A stretch of 32,000 nucleotides of DNA from an uncultured archaeon (GTDB taxonomy: Archaea > Iainarchaeota > Iainarchaeia > Iainarchaeales > Iainarchaeaceae): contig CAZNZM010000005.1 of assembly GCA_964577555.1 (NCBI GenBank), forward strand, positions 13,773-45,772, in the 5' to 3' direction. A program made the translations under genes and the position numbers. This document shows, one piece after another, positions 31,616-32,000 of the stretch (position 1 is the first letter of the stretch; each line of letters opens with the position of its first letter). Under the pieces are notes generated by a model. That model saw nothing but the letters and a program-made list of their open reading frames with translations. It made no database searches and was not told the origin of the DNA.

Positions 31616-31670
31616 TTTTTTTGTTTTTTTGCCGAGACTTTTTTTAAGTCCATTTTTTTTTAACTGCTTT
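31616..31670. repeat. direct repeat copy 1 (55 nt, perfect match to 31946..32000)
   Basis: tttttttgtttttttgccgagactttttttaagtccatttttttttaactgcttt is identical at 31616..31670 and 31946..32000 (offset 330 nt). Confidence 0.9.
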
Positions 31671-31945
31671 TTTTTTGATTTTCTGCGCTTTTTTTGTTTT
31701 TCTCAAGCCAAGTTTTTAGACAATTTTTCAATTTTTTTCCTGTTGGATTTTTTTTTAATTGTTTTTTTTGAGCTGGATTTTTTTTTGTTTTTTTGCGAGC
31801 CGTTTTTTTTTGAGTTTTTTTTTGAATTATTTATTTTTTTTTTGTTTGAAGTTTTGTTTTTTTTTGGATAGTTATGTTTTTTTATTTTTTTAATTTTTTT
31901 TAGCCGGTTTTTTGCTAATTTTTTTTGTTTTTTTTTACCAAAGAT

Positions 31946-32000
31946 TTTTTTTGTTTTTTTGCCGAGACTTTTTTTAAGTCCATTTTTTTTTAACTGCTTT
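31946..32000. repeat. direct repeat copy 2 (truncated by the window end)
   Basis: It is identical to 31616..31670. The match runs to the last base of the window, so its true length is unknown. Confidence 0.9.

Larger units (their letters stand above)
31571..32000. repeat. extended oligo-T / GC-island array (at least 430 nt, reaching the window edge) containing a 330-nt-offset direct repeat
   Basis: Nearly every 8-21 nt there is a T5-T10 run separated by islands such as gccgagac, aagtcca, aactgc, ctcaagccaag, gagctgga, gcgagccg and agccgg. It has no plausible coding capacity; the only ORF is a Phe-rich artefact. Confidence 0.85.

Noticed and set aside
31210-31653. A 147-aa minus-strand ORF overlapping the 3' half of the plus-strand gene.
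   Set aside because: It starts inside the A-run array. It begins with a Lys-rich low-complexity segment and has no signal sequence or promoter context. The opposite-strand ORF is longer and has a signal peptide, a TATA-like box and a terminator-like T-run.
31629-31871. An 80-aa Phe-rich plus-strand ORF (MPRLFLSPFFFNCFFFDFLRFF...).
   Set aside because: It is a translation artefact of the oligo-T array, because TTT encodes Phe. It has no RBS or promoter context and implausible composition.

Overview
This AT-rich window is about 90% occupied by four giant ORFs on the minus strand, arranged head to tail: 23145..30638, 15450..22556, 8190..15218 and 862..8040 (2497, 2368, 2342 and 2392 aa; 28,809 nt summed from the track coordinates). 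I call them g4, g3, g2 and g1 in transcription order.

The four are collinear paralogs. Each has:
- an N-terminal signal-anchor helix;
- a module with a conserved Cys pair;
- a run of Ig-like / carboxypeptidase-regulatory-like beta-sandwich modules;
- a central glycine-rich hydrophobic hairpin in g1-g3, replaced in g4 by a Tyr/Gly/Pro/Ser low-complexity tract;
- a conserved cysteine-bearing C-terminal region of several hundred aa in which I recognise no enzymatic motif.

Small polytopic membrane proteins sit on the same strand. One 161-aa gene starts 2 nt after the g4 stop. A tandem trio of mutually homologous small membrane proteins follows g1 (473..880, 154..471, and a fragment at 1..99).

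One signal-peptide protein (30866..31570) is transcribed divergently. It is followed by an unusual array of oligo-T tracts separated by short GC-containing islands, and this array contains a perfect 55-nt direct repeat at a 330-nt offset that reaches the window edge. A related oligo-T/island array sits between g3 and g2.

I found no rRNA, tRNA, CRISPR array, transposase/integrase, reverse transcriptase or secretion-system gene.

TATA-like boxes lie about 27-33 nt upstream of the start codons of g4, g2, g1 and the plus-strand gene. Shine-Dalgarno-like motifs appear only in front of g3 and the downstream small genes. Together with the gene content, this suggests an uncultivated small-genome archaeon (DPANN-like). 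That is inference only, and a CPR-type bacterium is not excluded.

All homology statements come from reading the translations by eye. No identities, database hits or structure predictions were computed.
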